Shown here: positions 30,001 through 38,696 of the stretch, in pieces
Layout: every line of letters begins with the position of its first letter
How positions within the stretch are numbered: the first letter of the stretch is position 1
Assembly: GCA_031378375.1 (NCBI GenBank)
Contig: JANNEF010000288.1
Span: 24,186 to 88,185 of the forward strand
DNA from: Verrucomicrobiota bacterium
GTDB lineage: Bacteria > Verrucomicrobiota > Verrucomicrobiia > Limisphaerales > JANNEF01
Length of the DNA stretch: 64,000 nt
Direction of reading: 5' to 3'
Notes under the pieces: generated by a model
The model's input: the letters and a program-made list of their open reading frames with translations, nothing else
What the model was told of the DNA's origin: nothing
The model's database searches: none
Made by a program: the position numbers and the translations under genes

Positions 30001-31542
30001 TTTGAAATGAACTTCATTCAAGCGCGCGGCCTCGCCGGAAAGCCCCACATTCGGCAAGCCCCGGCTTGGTTCCGGGAAGCGAAACCACGACCTGCCGCCG
30101 GCCGGCTTGCGGCCAAGCGCGCGGGGGTCGCTGGAGAAATTCACCATCACGGCATTCTCCACCGTGGCACCGTCCGGGTTGACCAGGAAGACCGCCGCTG
30201 GATTGGTCACAGCAAACGCGGCATCGCCGAAACCAATCGCGCCCAGTCCGCCGGGCGGCAGCAACACGTCCCCCCGGATGGGAAACTTGCGCAAGTGGCC
30301 GGCGTCATCAGTCAGGAACCAGCCACGCAGGTTCGCCATGTTTGTGGTCGCGTTGAAGAACTCCACAAAGCCGGAATTTACCGGGTCGGGAAAGATTTCG
30401 TTGATGACTATGCCCGCCTGAAATGGCGTGGACACGCGCAGTCTCGCGCCGAACACCAAGTCCAAACTGGTCGCGCTGGACTGATGCACTTCCACGGCGA
30501 GCACATTGGTCCCTGGCAGGAACAGCGCGCCGCTGATGGGGAACACGCTCAATTCCTCCGTGGCGTCCGGGACGCTGGTGAGTGCGGGCGTGTTGTAGTT
30601 GAACACGCCTCCGGTCGCCATGCGCGAGCGGCCGATTTCCTTTCCATTGAGGTAATACACCGCGCCGTCGTCCACGATTTGATCCAATGCGAAGCGGGCA
30701 TTCTTCAAGTCCCCGTTGAAAACAAAGCGAGTGCGGAAGTAGCAGGTCATTTGCCCGCGCCGTGACAACGGTGTCTGGATGCCCGGCGTCGGCAGGGGCG
30801 CATCCTCGAAGCCCAGCAGCCCGCGTCCGCTCGCCCATTTGCTGTCATCAAAAGTTGTTTCGCGCCACGACGCGCCAAGTTCCCTTCCGCTGGCTTCGTA
30901 GCGCCACGACGACCCGTAATCCACCAGCGGGATACCGAGGTTCAAATCCACTTCAGGACTGGCGGCGGGTGTTTCTCTGGCCGGTAACGACACGGTGCCG
31001 GGGGTGCCGCCGGGCAGTTCGCTCGCCGTCCAGTTACGCCAGTCGTCCACGGAGCGGTTGGAATCGCGCAACACCAGCGAGTGTCCCGCGCCGTCTGCCG
31101 CCACGGGCCAATGGCCGCGCGTCCCAAACTTGACCGTGCAGGCTGTCACGCCGTTCTTGTCCTTGAGCGTGATGCGCTCGCCGCTGTTGCTCAGTTTGCC
31201 GGTCCACGGTCCGTAAACGCGGACGGATTCCGGCATCCGGTAGGCGGCCCGCAGCGCCGCCGCGTTTGCGCCACAAAGCACGATGCGTTCGAAGGGTTTG
31301 AGAAATGTAAGCCCCGGCGCGTTTGTGGAAAAATCCGGAAATTCATAACTCACCCCGCCAGCCAGCCGCCAACGGGCGATGTCGAGCGGCGTGACCGTCT
31401 GGTTGTAAAGCTCGACGAACTCCGGCCTGGTCGCTGGCGGATGATACATGATCTCGCTGATCACCACCTGTTCAGCGCGCACGGTCGCAACTGAAAGCAG
31501 GCACCATAACCAACCCAAATATCCAGCGCAGCGAAGCGTCAT
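27010..31542 (-). CDS. Giant secreted protein B: four LTD repeats, galactose-binding-like and CBM-like modules, CotH kinase-like domain (paralog of protein A)
   Basis: Start chosen at MTLRCAGYLGWLWCLLSVATVRAEQ (signal peptide) inside ORF 27010..31722. LTD signatures VVISEIMYHPP..FVELYN; IVINEIFPDP..FVEFFN; ARLNEVHF..WVELFN; IVINEIMFDPP..FIELFN. CotH-like core ...DWDTFTMGRGKNAFFFQRATDGKFQFLQWDSDLALG. Confidence 0.9.
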   Translation of the reverse strand: MTLRCAGYLGWLWCLLSVATVRAEQVVISEIMYHPPATRPEFVELYNQTVTPLDIARWRLAGGVSYEFPDFSTNAPGLTFLKPFERIVLCGANAAALRAAYRMPESVRVYGPWTGKLSNSGERITLKDKNGVTACTVKFGTRGHWPVAADGAGHSLVLRDSNRSVDDWRNWTASELPGGTPGTVSLPARETPAASPEVDLNLGIPLVDYGSSWRYEASGRELGASWRETTFDDSKWASGRGLLGFEDAPLPTPGIQTPLSRRGQMTCYFRTRFVFNGDLKNARFALDQIVDDGAVYYLNGKEIGRSRMATGGVFNYNTPALTSVPDATEELSVFPISGALFLPGTNVLAVEVHQSSATSLDLVFGARLRVSTPFQAGIVINEIFPDPVNSGFVEFFNATTNMANLRGWFLTDDAGHLRKFPIRGDVLLPPGGLGAIGFGDAAFAVTNPAAVFLVNPDGATVENAVMVNFSSDPRALGRKPAGGRSWFRFPEPSRGLPNVGLSGEAARLNEVHFKKDKVDWVELFNPLRTGGTTQGLFLSSRRDFSDKEPLNAPLAAGGCASWNVSFPVRDREVTLYVVNAAGVVLDGRVFTPPVSGECWQAFPDGGGEWFSASKPSRNETNNPPHNTDIVINEIMFDPPSALTNASQFIELFNRGKKPVDLSGWQFEEAVQFKFPNGVKLAAGSYLVIAADTNRLRAACGNLPLVGNFKGKLSHGGELIRLVDRAGNLVNQVEYHSGGDWPELAAGLGSSMELINPGMDNSRASAWRDSDERGKASPHAYSCEGKYEELHVKGAPSDFKELHFHLVGDGHVVLENIWFGKKGSDKNYVLNGGRMSEDGASVKGWLAQGNHAQSFITNGQLHIVSDGHGDSRANRVEIDVTGMTKGETCELKFNALWVSGKPRLIAQTWEHSIAGSFLVQVPQNLGSPGAVNSRFIAVPPPQVGSLSHSPAVPRSTNTVAVTAKVFSIAPLTSVQVFHRLDNDKADGVWTNTAMRDDGLAGDAMAGDAIFTGELPRRNSGQVIQFFVQATATNGQSCLLPRGGAVRPALYVVDDRAVPLDLRTTRFIVSARDLNAIADGNTPRHGFKYPRHSNHYFNSTFITNEEEIYYGGEIRNSGSPWTRGGGLDRPKFKLPNDRRFRSHEHFYYDNDPAGGNFHNRVTRYWLYLLGHPVGENEIIRVVVNNFGIDLREDTEPVHNDLLNRNFAYGSKGQLYRIDDEWWFTDNWDRDQRDADFGYKGSDNPGRYRTEWMKRSNETEDDFTDLIAFFKTISAGKFTDVDQLLDVDAVLKYTVVRGYIADWDTFTMGRGKNAFFFQRATDGKFQFLQWDSDLALGDANSGFYGGRVQGWLERPHIRRLFNYYLAELHERYTKNSARFQAWLQADEDASNSYSPNPSVYLNWCNNREAAVLRELGASYKAVFKINPVNTANTVTNHTVTLTGMAPCTIYTLELAPQPKAKPEWKDVQTWKFADVPVSPGTNVFVVRGVDEGGRLLQESRLSIVRTNTGTKVP

Positions 31543-31850
31543 TGCGCCGAAGGTAAAGCGTCGGTTGAATTGGAAAAGGCGAAACTCCCGTGACGGCCGC
31601 CGGATATTTGCGGGCGGTGACCGTTCCAGCACCGAAAGCGCAGAAAACTTATTGCGCCATTGCGGATAGAGCGGACTTCGTTCTGGTTCTGCGCACAGCT
31701 CATCGCCTCGCACGACCCACAACCAGCCGGGTGGGATCGATCACGGTGGATCGGGAGCGGTTCGGTGCGGTATGCTCCGGTGGTCGGGCGAACTTTGCGC
31801 GGTGTTTGACTCGACCATTGATGGCGCTTGCTTCTACCTTTCACCCAGCC

Positions 31851-33140
31851 ATGCAATCGCCAGTCCATGCAATCTCACCGGATATTTCCCGTCGCACGTT
31901 TCTGAAAGCCTCCGCCGTGCTCGCTGGAAGCACGCCGCTTCTGGCGGCAGTGGTCAAGGCGCAGTCAGCCGGAAGGAAAGCACCGCTCATCGCCTACGTG
32001 GGCACCTTCAGTTCTCCGCTCCACAACGTGCTGCCGACTCAGGTGGATCTGCCGCCGGGCAATGGCCGGGGCATCCACCTGTATCAAGTGGATCGCACCA
32101 CCGGGGCCATGACGCCGAGCGGTGTGTATGAACTGGGCACCAGCCCGAACTGCCTCGCTTTGAATGCCGCCGGCACGCGCCTTTATTCTTCCAACGAGAC
32201 GGACCGCGTAGGCGAACGCAACGAAGGCACGGTCAGCGCCTTTGCGATTAACCGGGCCGACGGGCAGTTGACCCTGCTCAACAGCGTCCGTTCCGGCGGG
32301 GCGGGTCCCACCTACGTGAGCATTCATCCGTCGGGGAAGTTCGTGCTGGTGGCCAATTATTTTGGCGGCTCCGTGGCGGTGCTGCCGATTCTGCCGGACG
32401 GTCACCTGGGGGCTGCTACCGACACCAAACAGGATCAGGGAACGGTGGGACCGCAGAAGGCGACCCATGCTCCGCCGGGAAGTTTCGCCTTCAGCGGACA
32501 CGACCGGACCCACGCGCACATGATTCAAGCGGATGCCTCGGGGCGCTTTGTACTGCACGTCGATTTGGGATTGGATCAGATTTTCATCTGGAAGTTTGAT
32601 GAGCACACGGGAGTTTTGACCGCGAATGACCCGCCCACCGTCGCGCTGCCACCGGGGGATGGGCCACGGCATTTCTCCTTCCATCCCAACGGACGCTGGT
32701 GCTACTCCCTCCAGGAGGAAGGCTCCAACATCGTCCTGTTCGACTACGATTCTGCGAAAGGCCGGCTCGTCTCGCGGCAGACTATCTCCAGCCTGCCGCC
32801 CGGATTCGCCGGTAGTAATTTCTGCTCCGAAATCCTAGTTTCTGACGATGGCCGGTTCGTCTATGCCGGCAACCGTTTGCATGACAGCATTGGCATTTTC
32901 TCGGTTGGCAAGACCGGGGAGTTGACCTTCCTCGGTGAGGAATGGACCCGAGGAAACTATCCACGCAGCTTCAATTTCGATCCCACCGGCCAGTTCCTGT
33001 ATTCCTGCAACCAGCGGGGCGACAACATCGCGGTGTTCCGCGTGGATCGCAGAACAGGCAAGCTCGCTTTCACCGGGCACTATACCCCGGTCGGGAATCC
33101 ATCGAGCATCGTTTTTCTCGACCTGGCAAAGGCGAAGTAA
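31851..33140 (+). CDS. Lactonase, 7-bladed beta-propeller family (6-phosphogluconolactonase-like), TAT signal
   Basis: Start chosen inside ORF 31590..33140: MQSPVHAISPDISRRTFLKASAVLAGS (twin-arginine motif). Repeated GxGPRH/F-type blades (GAGPTYVSIHPSGKF, GDGPRHFSFHPNGRW, GNYPRSFNFDPTGQF). Confidence 0.85.
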   Translation: MQSPVHAISPDISRRTFLKASAVLAGSTPLLAAVVKAQSAGRKAPLIAYVGTFSSPLHNVLPTQVDLPPGNGRGIHLYQVDRTTGAMTPSGVYELGTSPNCLALNAAGTRLYSSNETDRVGERNEGTVSAFAINRADGQLTLLNSVRSGGAGPTYVSIHPSGKFVLVANYFGGSVAVLPILPDGHLGAATDTKQDQGTVGPQKATHAPPGSFAFSGHDRTHAHMIQADASGRFVLHVDLGLDQIFIWKFDEHTGVLTANDPPTVALPPGDGPRHFSFHPNGRWCYSLQEEGSNIVLFDYDSAKGRLVSRQTISSLPPGFAGSNFCSEILVSDDGRFVYAGNRLHDSIGIFSVGKTGELTFLGEEWTRGNYPRSFNFDPTGQFLYSCNQRGDNIAVFRVDRRTGKLAFTGHYTPVGNPSSIVFLDLAKAK

Positions 33141-33267
33141 TGCCACCCGGCGCTGGCTGCCAGACATGCCATCACGAGCGGGTCTTCAGAAATCCAACTC
33201 CCTGCTGATTGCGCATGACGCTCGTGTGTGGACATCCGTCTGGCATGCCGCTATGGTGGCTCCTTCG

Positions 33268-33343
33268 GGGCCCATAGCTCAGCGGTTAGAGCAGGCGACT
33301 CATAATCGCTTGGTCACAGGTTCAAATCCTGTTGGGCCCACCA
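33268..33343 (+). tRNA. tRNA with anticodon CAT, most likely tRNA-Ile2 (lysidine-modified) rather than elongator or initiator Met
   Basis: Folds by hand into a cloverleaf: acceptor GGGCCCA/TGGGCCC, D arm GCTC-AGCGGTTA-GAGC, anticodon arm GGCGA-CTCATAA-TCGCT, T arm ACAGG-TTCAAAT-CCTGT, encoded CCA. No 1:72 mismatch and no GGG/CCC anticodon stem, so not an initiator. The anticodon arm is identical to what I recall for E. coli ileX. Confidence 0.9.
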
Positions 33344-33375
33344 CCTTACCGGTGCAAAAGGGAATGCCAGACAGT

Positions 33376-34533
33376 TCAGGCCAACTGAGCCAGGGCCAAT
33401 TGTCGCGCCTCATGCCACGCCTGAATCTCGGCCATGAGGCGCTCAGCCGCCCGCTCCAGTTCTTGTTTCAACTCATGAAGGCGTTCCCGCGAAGCTTCGA
33501 TTTTCTTCTCGGTGGCCTTGACGTATTCCTGTTTGCGCGATTCCCAGTTTTGCGCGGCCTTGTGGAGTCGTTCCTGAGCGGAGCGGAGCAGGACTTGGGT
33601 CTGATCGCAAAGTTGGTGGCGGCTGCTGGCCAGGTGAGCGTCGAGCCGGCGCTGCTTTTCCGCGATTTCACTGAGCAGAATTCGCTCGGCCGGAACCCGG
33701 CGCAACTGGCTGGTCAAGCCGAGGCAACTGAGACTCCAGATGGCCCATTTGGTGGGGTCGAATTGCCAGGGTTTCACGCCGTTACGATAGTCATGCTGGA
33801 ACTCGTGGTGGTAATTATGGTAGCCCTCGCCAAAGGTCAGCAGTGCCATGAGCCAACTGTCGCGCGCGCTGCACCGGCTGGAATATGGCCGGCTACCCAG
33901 CGTGTGGCACATGGAGTTGATGAAAAACGTCGTGTGCTGCACGCAGAATACTCGCGCCACGCCGGCCAGCAAAAAACTGCCCAGCGCCGCCTTTGGCCCG
34001 CCCCAGAGCCACCCCAGCAGTGGAGGAAAGACGAAGCTGAGGAGCGCGCCGATTATATGCCAGTAACGATGCTGCCAAACAAGGAGACGGTCCTGGCGGA
34101 GGTCGTTGACGTTGTCCATCGGCGGCCACGGGCGCAGCTTGAAAAGCAGCCAGCCCATGTGTGCGTGAAAGAAACCCTTGGTGATGTCGTAAGGGTCATC
34201 GTCTTGATCGACATGCTTGTGGTGACGGCGATGGTCCGAGCACCAATCCAGCGCAGAACCTTCAAACGCCGTCGAACCGAACACCAACACCCCCAGGCGC
34301 ACCGGCCACCGGGCCTTCAACGCCAGATGTGAAAACAAGCGGTGGTAGCCCAAGGTGATGCTCATTGATGACGCGGCGAAGAAGACGAGGAAAAAGACCG
34401 CTTGAAACCAGTCCAAACCGTTGTGCCAAAGGTAAACCGGCACCGCAGTGACGGTGAGGAACGCAGTGATCATGAGGAAAGCACTGGTGGGCCAGTTGAC
34501 GCGTTGCCATGGTATTCGTGTCATATCATTCAA
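33376..34533 (-). CDS. Acyl-CoA (stearoyl-CoA delta-9-type) fatty acid desaturase with a C-terminal coiled-coil extension
   Basis: Three His boxes: HRLFSH, HRRHHKHVD, HNYHHEF. Four N-terminal TM helices. About 90-aa helical tail. Confidence 0.9.
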   Translation of the reverse strand: MNDMTRIPWQRVNWPTSAFLMITAFLTVTAVPVYLWHNGLDWFQAVFFLVFFAASSMSITLGYHRLFSHLALKARWPVRLGVLVFGSTAFEGSALDWCSDHRRHHKHVDQDDDPYDITKGFFHAHMGWLLFKLRPWPPMDNVNDLRQDRLLVWQHRYWHIIGALLSFVFPPLLGWLWGGPKAALGSFLLAGVARVFCVQHTTFFINSMCHTLGSRPYSSRCSARDSWLMALLTFGEGYHNYHHEFQHDYRNGVKPWQFDPTKWAIWSLSCLGLTSQLRRVPAERILLSEIAEKQRRLDAHLASSRHQLCDQTQVLLRSAQERLHKAAQNWESRKQEYVKATEKKIEASRERLHELKQELERAAERLMAEIQAWHEARQLALAQLA

Positions 34534-34707
34534 ATAATGCGAGTGGGCCGGGGGTTTTTGCGCCAGCCAGTCAGACCGCTACATTAAGGCACTCAAGCGA
34601 AGGTTAATGCAATCGCAAAATGCCGATAACCAGGGCGCCGGCAATCCGTCGCAGAGCGCGACGTGTATAGCGCCGGTTGCGTCGGAAGCCACACGCAACC
34701 CGTCTCG

Positions 34708-35919
34708 CTATTTCTGCGGGTTGATGATGTCGCTCATCTTGAAGATCGGCAGGAACATGCAGATGGCGATGCCGCCAACCGTCACGCCCAGAAACACAAT
34801 GAGCAGGGGTTCAATGAGCGAAGTCAGGCCGGAGAGAGTCGTCTCAATTTCCTCATCCAGAAAATCAGAAATGCGTTCGAGCATGGATTCGATTTTGCCC
34901 GTCTGTTCCCCGGCAGTGATCATCCGGATAATCATGGACGGGAAAACGGGGTGTTTGCCCAGCGCGACGGAGATGCCTTCTCCGCGCTCGATGTCCGAGG
35001 AAGCAACCCGCACGGCTTTTTCCATGACGACGTTGCCCACGGTGTTGGAGACAATTTGAAGCACTTCAAGAATCGGCACGCCGCTGCGGATGAGCGAACT
35101 AAGCGTCCGTGTGAATCGAGCCAGGCAAATCTTATGCGCGATGACGCCGAAGATAGGGAGACGGATTCGCACACTGTCCCAGAATTCGCGGCCGCGGTCG
35201 GTCTTGATGTAAGCCAGCCAGCCATAAACCGCCCCCACCGTGCCAGCGATGAGATAGACGATGTACGCCTGCACCCAGGTGCTGACGGTCAGCAAAGCCA
35301 GGGTCGGACCGGGCAGTTTCTGACCGAACCCTTTGTAAACATCGCCGAAGACTGGCACCACTTTCAGAAGGAGGAAAATCGTGATGCCAATGGCAACAAT
35401 GGTGACCGCCGTGGGATACATCATCGCGGATTTCACCTTCTTGCGCAGCCGGGCAGAGTTTTCCAAGTAGGTGGCCAACCGGGAAAGAATTTCCGCAAGC
35501 AAGCCGCCGCGCTCCCCGGCCGCAACCATGCAAACGTAGAGGCGATTGAACACTTTGGGATGCTTGGCGAGTGCCTCGGAGAAACTGTCACCGCCCTCCA
35601 CGCGCGTGCAAACGTCACGAATAACATCGCGCATAATCTTGTTCGTGGTCTGCTCCGCGAGTGCCTGAAGCGACTGCACCATCGCCAAACCGGCATCCAC
35701 CATGGTGGCTAATTGCCGCGTAAACACCACCAAATCAGCAAGATTAACCTTGCCGCCCGAAGTTTTTCCACGCTTGCCGACTTTCTCCTGAATGGAGACA
35801 ACCAGCAAGTTGCGATTCAACAGGGAACCAACCGCAGCCTGCTCGGACGTAGCGTCCAACGTGCTGCGAATTTCACGCCCGCTACCCGCTTCGCGTGCGA
35901 CATAAGTAAAGGAAGGCAT
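34708..35919 (-). CDS. Type II secretion / type IV pilus platform protein (GspF/PilC family)
   Basis: Internal ATG gives MPSFTYVAREAGSGREIRSTLDATSEQAAV..., typical of PilC. Duplicated T2SSF domains (LATMVDAGLAMVQSL ; LSSLIRSGVPILEVL). Confidence 0.85.
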   Translation of the reverse strand: MPSFTYVAREAGSGREIRSTLDATSEQAAVGSLLNRNLLVVSIQEKVGKRGKTSGGKVNLADLVVFTRQLATMVDAGLAMVQSLQALAEQTTNKIMRDVIRDVCTRVEGGDSFSEALAKHPKVFNRLYVCMVAAGERGGLLAEILSRLATYLENSARLRKKVKSAMMYPTAVTIVAIGITIFLLLKVVPVFGDVYKGFGQKLPGPTLALLTVSTWVQAYIVYLIAGTVGAVYGWLAYIKTDRGREFWDSVRIRLPIFGVIAHKICLARFTRTLSSLIRSGVPILEVLQIVSNTVGNVVMEKAVRVASSDIERGEGISVALGKHPVFPSMIIRMITAGEQTGKIESMLERISDFLDEEIETTLSGLTSLIEPLLIVFLGVTVGGIAICMFLPIFKMSDIINPQK

Positions 35920-36129
35920 ACGTTTTTTTTGACCGTCAACAACTTCTAAGCAGGTGATGGGCCAGCGAGAATCGGGCGCCACAGGAAATTTCGACACCAA
36001 TGCGGATTCACTCAAACATCCGGCCGTGCCTCCCCATTCTCACGAGACGTTCGAGGTCAAATTCCTCGAACCATCCATGAGTCGCTCCGCAAGTTGCGTC
36101 TTTCCCCGTGTCCTGATATAGCTCATCCC

Positions 36130-37500
36130 ATGCAAGCCGTCCTTGACTACCTGAAGCGCAACCAAACACGTTTCGTCCACGAACTGTGCGCCTACGTGCG
36201 CTTCCCCAGCGTCTCCGCCCAGCCCAAACACCGGAAAGACCTGGCCGATTGCGCCCGCTGGCTGGAACAGCACTGCCGACAGATTGGAATGAATGCGCGC
36301 CTCCACCCCACCGCCGGCAATCCGATCCTCGTCGCCACCACTCCGCGGAAGAGTGGTGCCCGCCGGCCGCACTTCGTGGTTTACGGGCACTACGATGTGC
36401 AGCCGCCGGAGCCGTTTGAACTGTGGAAATCGCCGCCGTTCGAGGCGCGCATTGATGGCCGCTCGCTCTTCGGACGTGGTGCCAGCGACAACAAAGGCCA
36501 GAACTTCGCCCACCTCAAAGCCGTCGAAGCGTATCTTAAGACCGGAACTCCCCTGCCCTGCGACCTCACGTTTGTCATCGAGGGTGAGGAGGAGGTCGGC
36601 AGTTCGCATCTCGCGCAGTTTCTTCAAAAAAACCGCGCCGCCCTTCGCTGCGACGCCGTCGTCATCTCGGACAACGGCATCCCCGGCCCCAAACATCCCG
36701 CGCTCACCTACGCCCTGCGCGGCATCCTGGCACTCGAAGTCGAACTGCGCGGCCCCTCGCGCGATCTCCATTCCGGCATCTACGGCGGCTCGCTCGACAA
36801 TCCCGCGATGGCCCTCTGCCAGCTTCTAGCCCGACTCCGCGACAAAAACGGACGCCTCACCATTCCCGGACTTTACGACGACGTCGCACCGCTCTCCGCC
36901 TACGAGCGCAAACAACTCGCCCGCCTGCCGCACAACGACACCGCCTATAAAAAGTTCCTCGGTGTGCCGGAACTTTTTGGCGAGCGCGGCTTCACTTCCA
37001 CCGAACAGCGCACCGCCCGGCCCACGCTCGAAATCAACGGCCTCACCAGCGGCTACCAGGGCGACGGCAGCAAAACCATCGTCCCCGCCTGGGCCAAGGC
37101 GAAACTGACCCTCCGCCTCGTGCCCGACCAGAAGCCGGAAAAAATCTGCCGGCTCGTGACGCGCCACCTGCGTCGCCTGTGCCCGCCCACGGTGCGCATG
37201 ACCATCAAATCCGGCCACGGCGGCGAACCGTATCTCGTCTCGCCCAGGAGCGCCCACGCCGAAGCGGCCTTGCGCGCGCTGCAAACCGCGTTCGGACACA
37301 AGCCGCTGCTCATGCGCGAAGGCGGCTCCATTCCCATCGTGACCGACTTCAAAAAAATCCTCGGTGCCGACACGCTGCTGCTCGGCCTGGCCCTGCCGGA
37401 CGACAATCCGCACTCGCCCAATGAAAAGTTCGACCTCGACTGTTTCGCGCGCGGCATGGTGATGAGCGCGCACCTGTGGCAAGAGTTGAGTGGGACGTGA
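36130..37500 (+). CDS. M20-family dipeptidase / metallopeptidase
   Basis: MQAVLDYLKRNQTRFVHELCAYVRFPSVSAQP, HYDVQP, GRGASDNKGQ, IEGEEEVGS and NPHSPNEKF are M20 metal-ligand and catalytic motifs. Confidence 0.85.
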   Translation: MQAVLDYLKRNQTRFVHELCAYVRFPSVSAQPKHRKDLADCARWLEQHCRQIGMNARLHPTAGNPILVATTPRKSGARRPHFVVYGHYDVQPPEPFELWKSPPFEARIDGRSLFGRGASDNKGQNFAHLKAVEAYLKTGTPLPCDLTFVIEGEEEVGSSHLAQFLQKNRAALRCDAVVISDNGIPGPKHPALTYALRGILALEVELRGPSRDLHSGIYGGSLDNPAMALCQLLARLRDKNGRLTIPGLYDDVAPLSAYERKQLARLPHNDTAYKKFLGVPELFGERGFTSTEQRTARPTLEINGLTSGYQGDGSKTIVPAWAKAKLTLRLVPDQKPEKICRLVTRHLRRLCPPTVRMTIKSGHGGEPYLVSPRSAHAEAALRALQTAFGHKPLLMREGGSIPIVTDFKKILGADTLLLGLALPDDNPHSPNEKFDLDCFARGMVMSAHLWQELSGT

Positions 37501-37506
37501 GGCAGG

Positions 37507-37549
37507 GGTGCGTGAACTGATGTCACGCGCCCCTCGGAGTTCACGCACC
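37507..37549. terminator. Perfect 12-bp inverted repeat between convergent genes (candidate bidirectional terminator)
   Basis: ggtgcgtgaact-N19-agttcacgcacc, between the peptidase stop (37500) and the DUF420 stop (37559). No clear U tract. Confidence 0.5.
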
Positions 37550-37558
37550 ACGACCGAT

Positions 37559-38002
37559 CTACCGTTGCGGGAAAATGTGGTAGAGCAGGAAGTAAATCAG
37601 CACGCCCGTCACCGAGACATACATCCAGACCGGCCAGGTCCAGCGGGCGATGCGTTTGTGCGCGTCGAACCGCTCCCGCAGCGCTCGGCTCACGGTGATG
37701 AGCACCATCGGCACGTTCACGATGGCCGCCACCAGGTGAGTGAACAGAAGCGTAAGGTAGATGGGGCGAAACCAGGCGGGTTCCAGGAAGCGCGTGTGCG
37801 CCTCGCCGTATTTCTGCTTCATGCCGATGTGGTAGGTCACGTAGCAGGTCAGAAAGAAAACGGTCGTGACGCACGCCGAGATCATGCAGTTGCGGTGGGC
37901 GATCTTGTTCTCCCGCTTGATGAAGATGTAGCCGCACACGAGGAACACCGCGCTCAGGGTGTTGAGGCTGGCGTTGACGGCGGGCAAATCGGAGAGGGTC
38001 AT
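37559..38002 (-). CDS. DUF420-family membrane protein (oxidase-associated)
   Basis: 147 aa, 4 TM helices, LPAVNASLNTLSAVFLVCGYIFIKR. ATGA start/stop overlap with sco. Confidence 0.8.
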   Translation of the reverse strand: MTLSDLPAVNASLNTLSAVFLVCGYIFIKRENKIAHRNCMISACVTTVFFLTCYVTYHIGMKQKYGEAHTRFLEPAWFRPIYLTLLFTHLVAAIVNVPMVLITVSRALRERFDAHKRIARWTWPVWMYVSVTGVLIYFLLYHIFPQR

Positions 38003-38625
38003 TTCTCGCGCAAGAGTTGTTTCACCGCCGCCACAATTCGCTCGTGCGCCTCCGGCTGGTCGCTCTCGAAGATGCCGCGCACGCGGGCCTGCTTGTCCAC
38101 CAGGACAAAAATCGTGCTGTGGATGAACATGTCCATGTCGTTGGTGCGTTCCTCCGGCTTCTTCTCGACGGCGGCGAGCTTGAGGCCGTCACCCGCCAGC
38201 CGCGCGATGTGCGGTTTCGTCCCGGTCAGGAACCACCATCGCCCCGGCGAAGCGCCGTGCCGCTGGCCGTAAGCCGCCAGCACCGCCGGCGTGTCGAACT
38301 CCGGGTCGGTGGTCAGGGTCACGAATTTGAGCGGCTTGCCCGCCGGCAAGGCCGCTTGCAACGCGCTCATCTTGCGCGTCATCTCCGGGCACGGCCCGGC
38401 GCAGCGAGTAAAGACGATGTCAGCCAGCCAGACCTGCCCGCGCAAATCCGCCAGCGTCACCGCGTGGTTGTTCTGGTTGGTAAGCGTGAAGTCGGGAACC
38501 TGGTAGAGCACCGGCAGTGTGGACGCGGCGCGCTGTGACACGACGAACGCCGCGACGATGACCGCCATCGTCACACCCAGCCCGCCCCAGACCAGCCACT
38601 CGATCTGCTTTTTCGGCTTATCCAT
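37999..38625 (-). CDS. SCO1/SenC copper chaperone (thioredoxin fold)
   Basis: Internal ATG gives MDKPKKQIEWLVWGGLGVTMAVIVAAF (TM anchor). CAGPCPEM CxxxC copper motif; downstream H in FIHSTIFVLVD. Confidence 0.85.
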   Translation of the reverse strand: MDKPKKQIEWLVWGGLGVTMAVIVAAFVVSQRAASTLPVLYQVPDFTLTNQNNHAVTLADLRGQVWLADIVFTRCAGPCPEMTRKMSALQAALPAGKPLKFVTLTTDPEFDTPAVLAAYGQRHGASPGRWWFLTGTKPHIARLAGDGLKLAAVEKKPEERTNDMDMFIHSTIFVLVDKQARVRGIFESDQPEAHERIVAAVKQLLREK

Positions 38626-38696
38626 GCGCGGAGAACAGGCTGACAAAGGGCGGTTGCTCAGGAACGCGGCCGGCTCGTCCGCGCGCCGTTCCACCG

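Noticed and set aside
33141-33400. Genomic island or integration site at the tRNA gene.
   Set aside because: There is no integrase, no direct repeat of the tRNA 3' end, and the flanking genes are ordinary metabolic genes.
32935-34332. 465-aa plus-strand ORF running through the tRNA gene and antisense to the desaturase.
   Set aside because: It crosses a tRNA and is antisense to a gene with clear His-box motifs.
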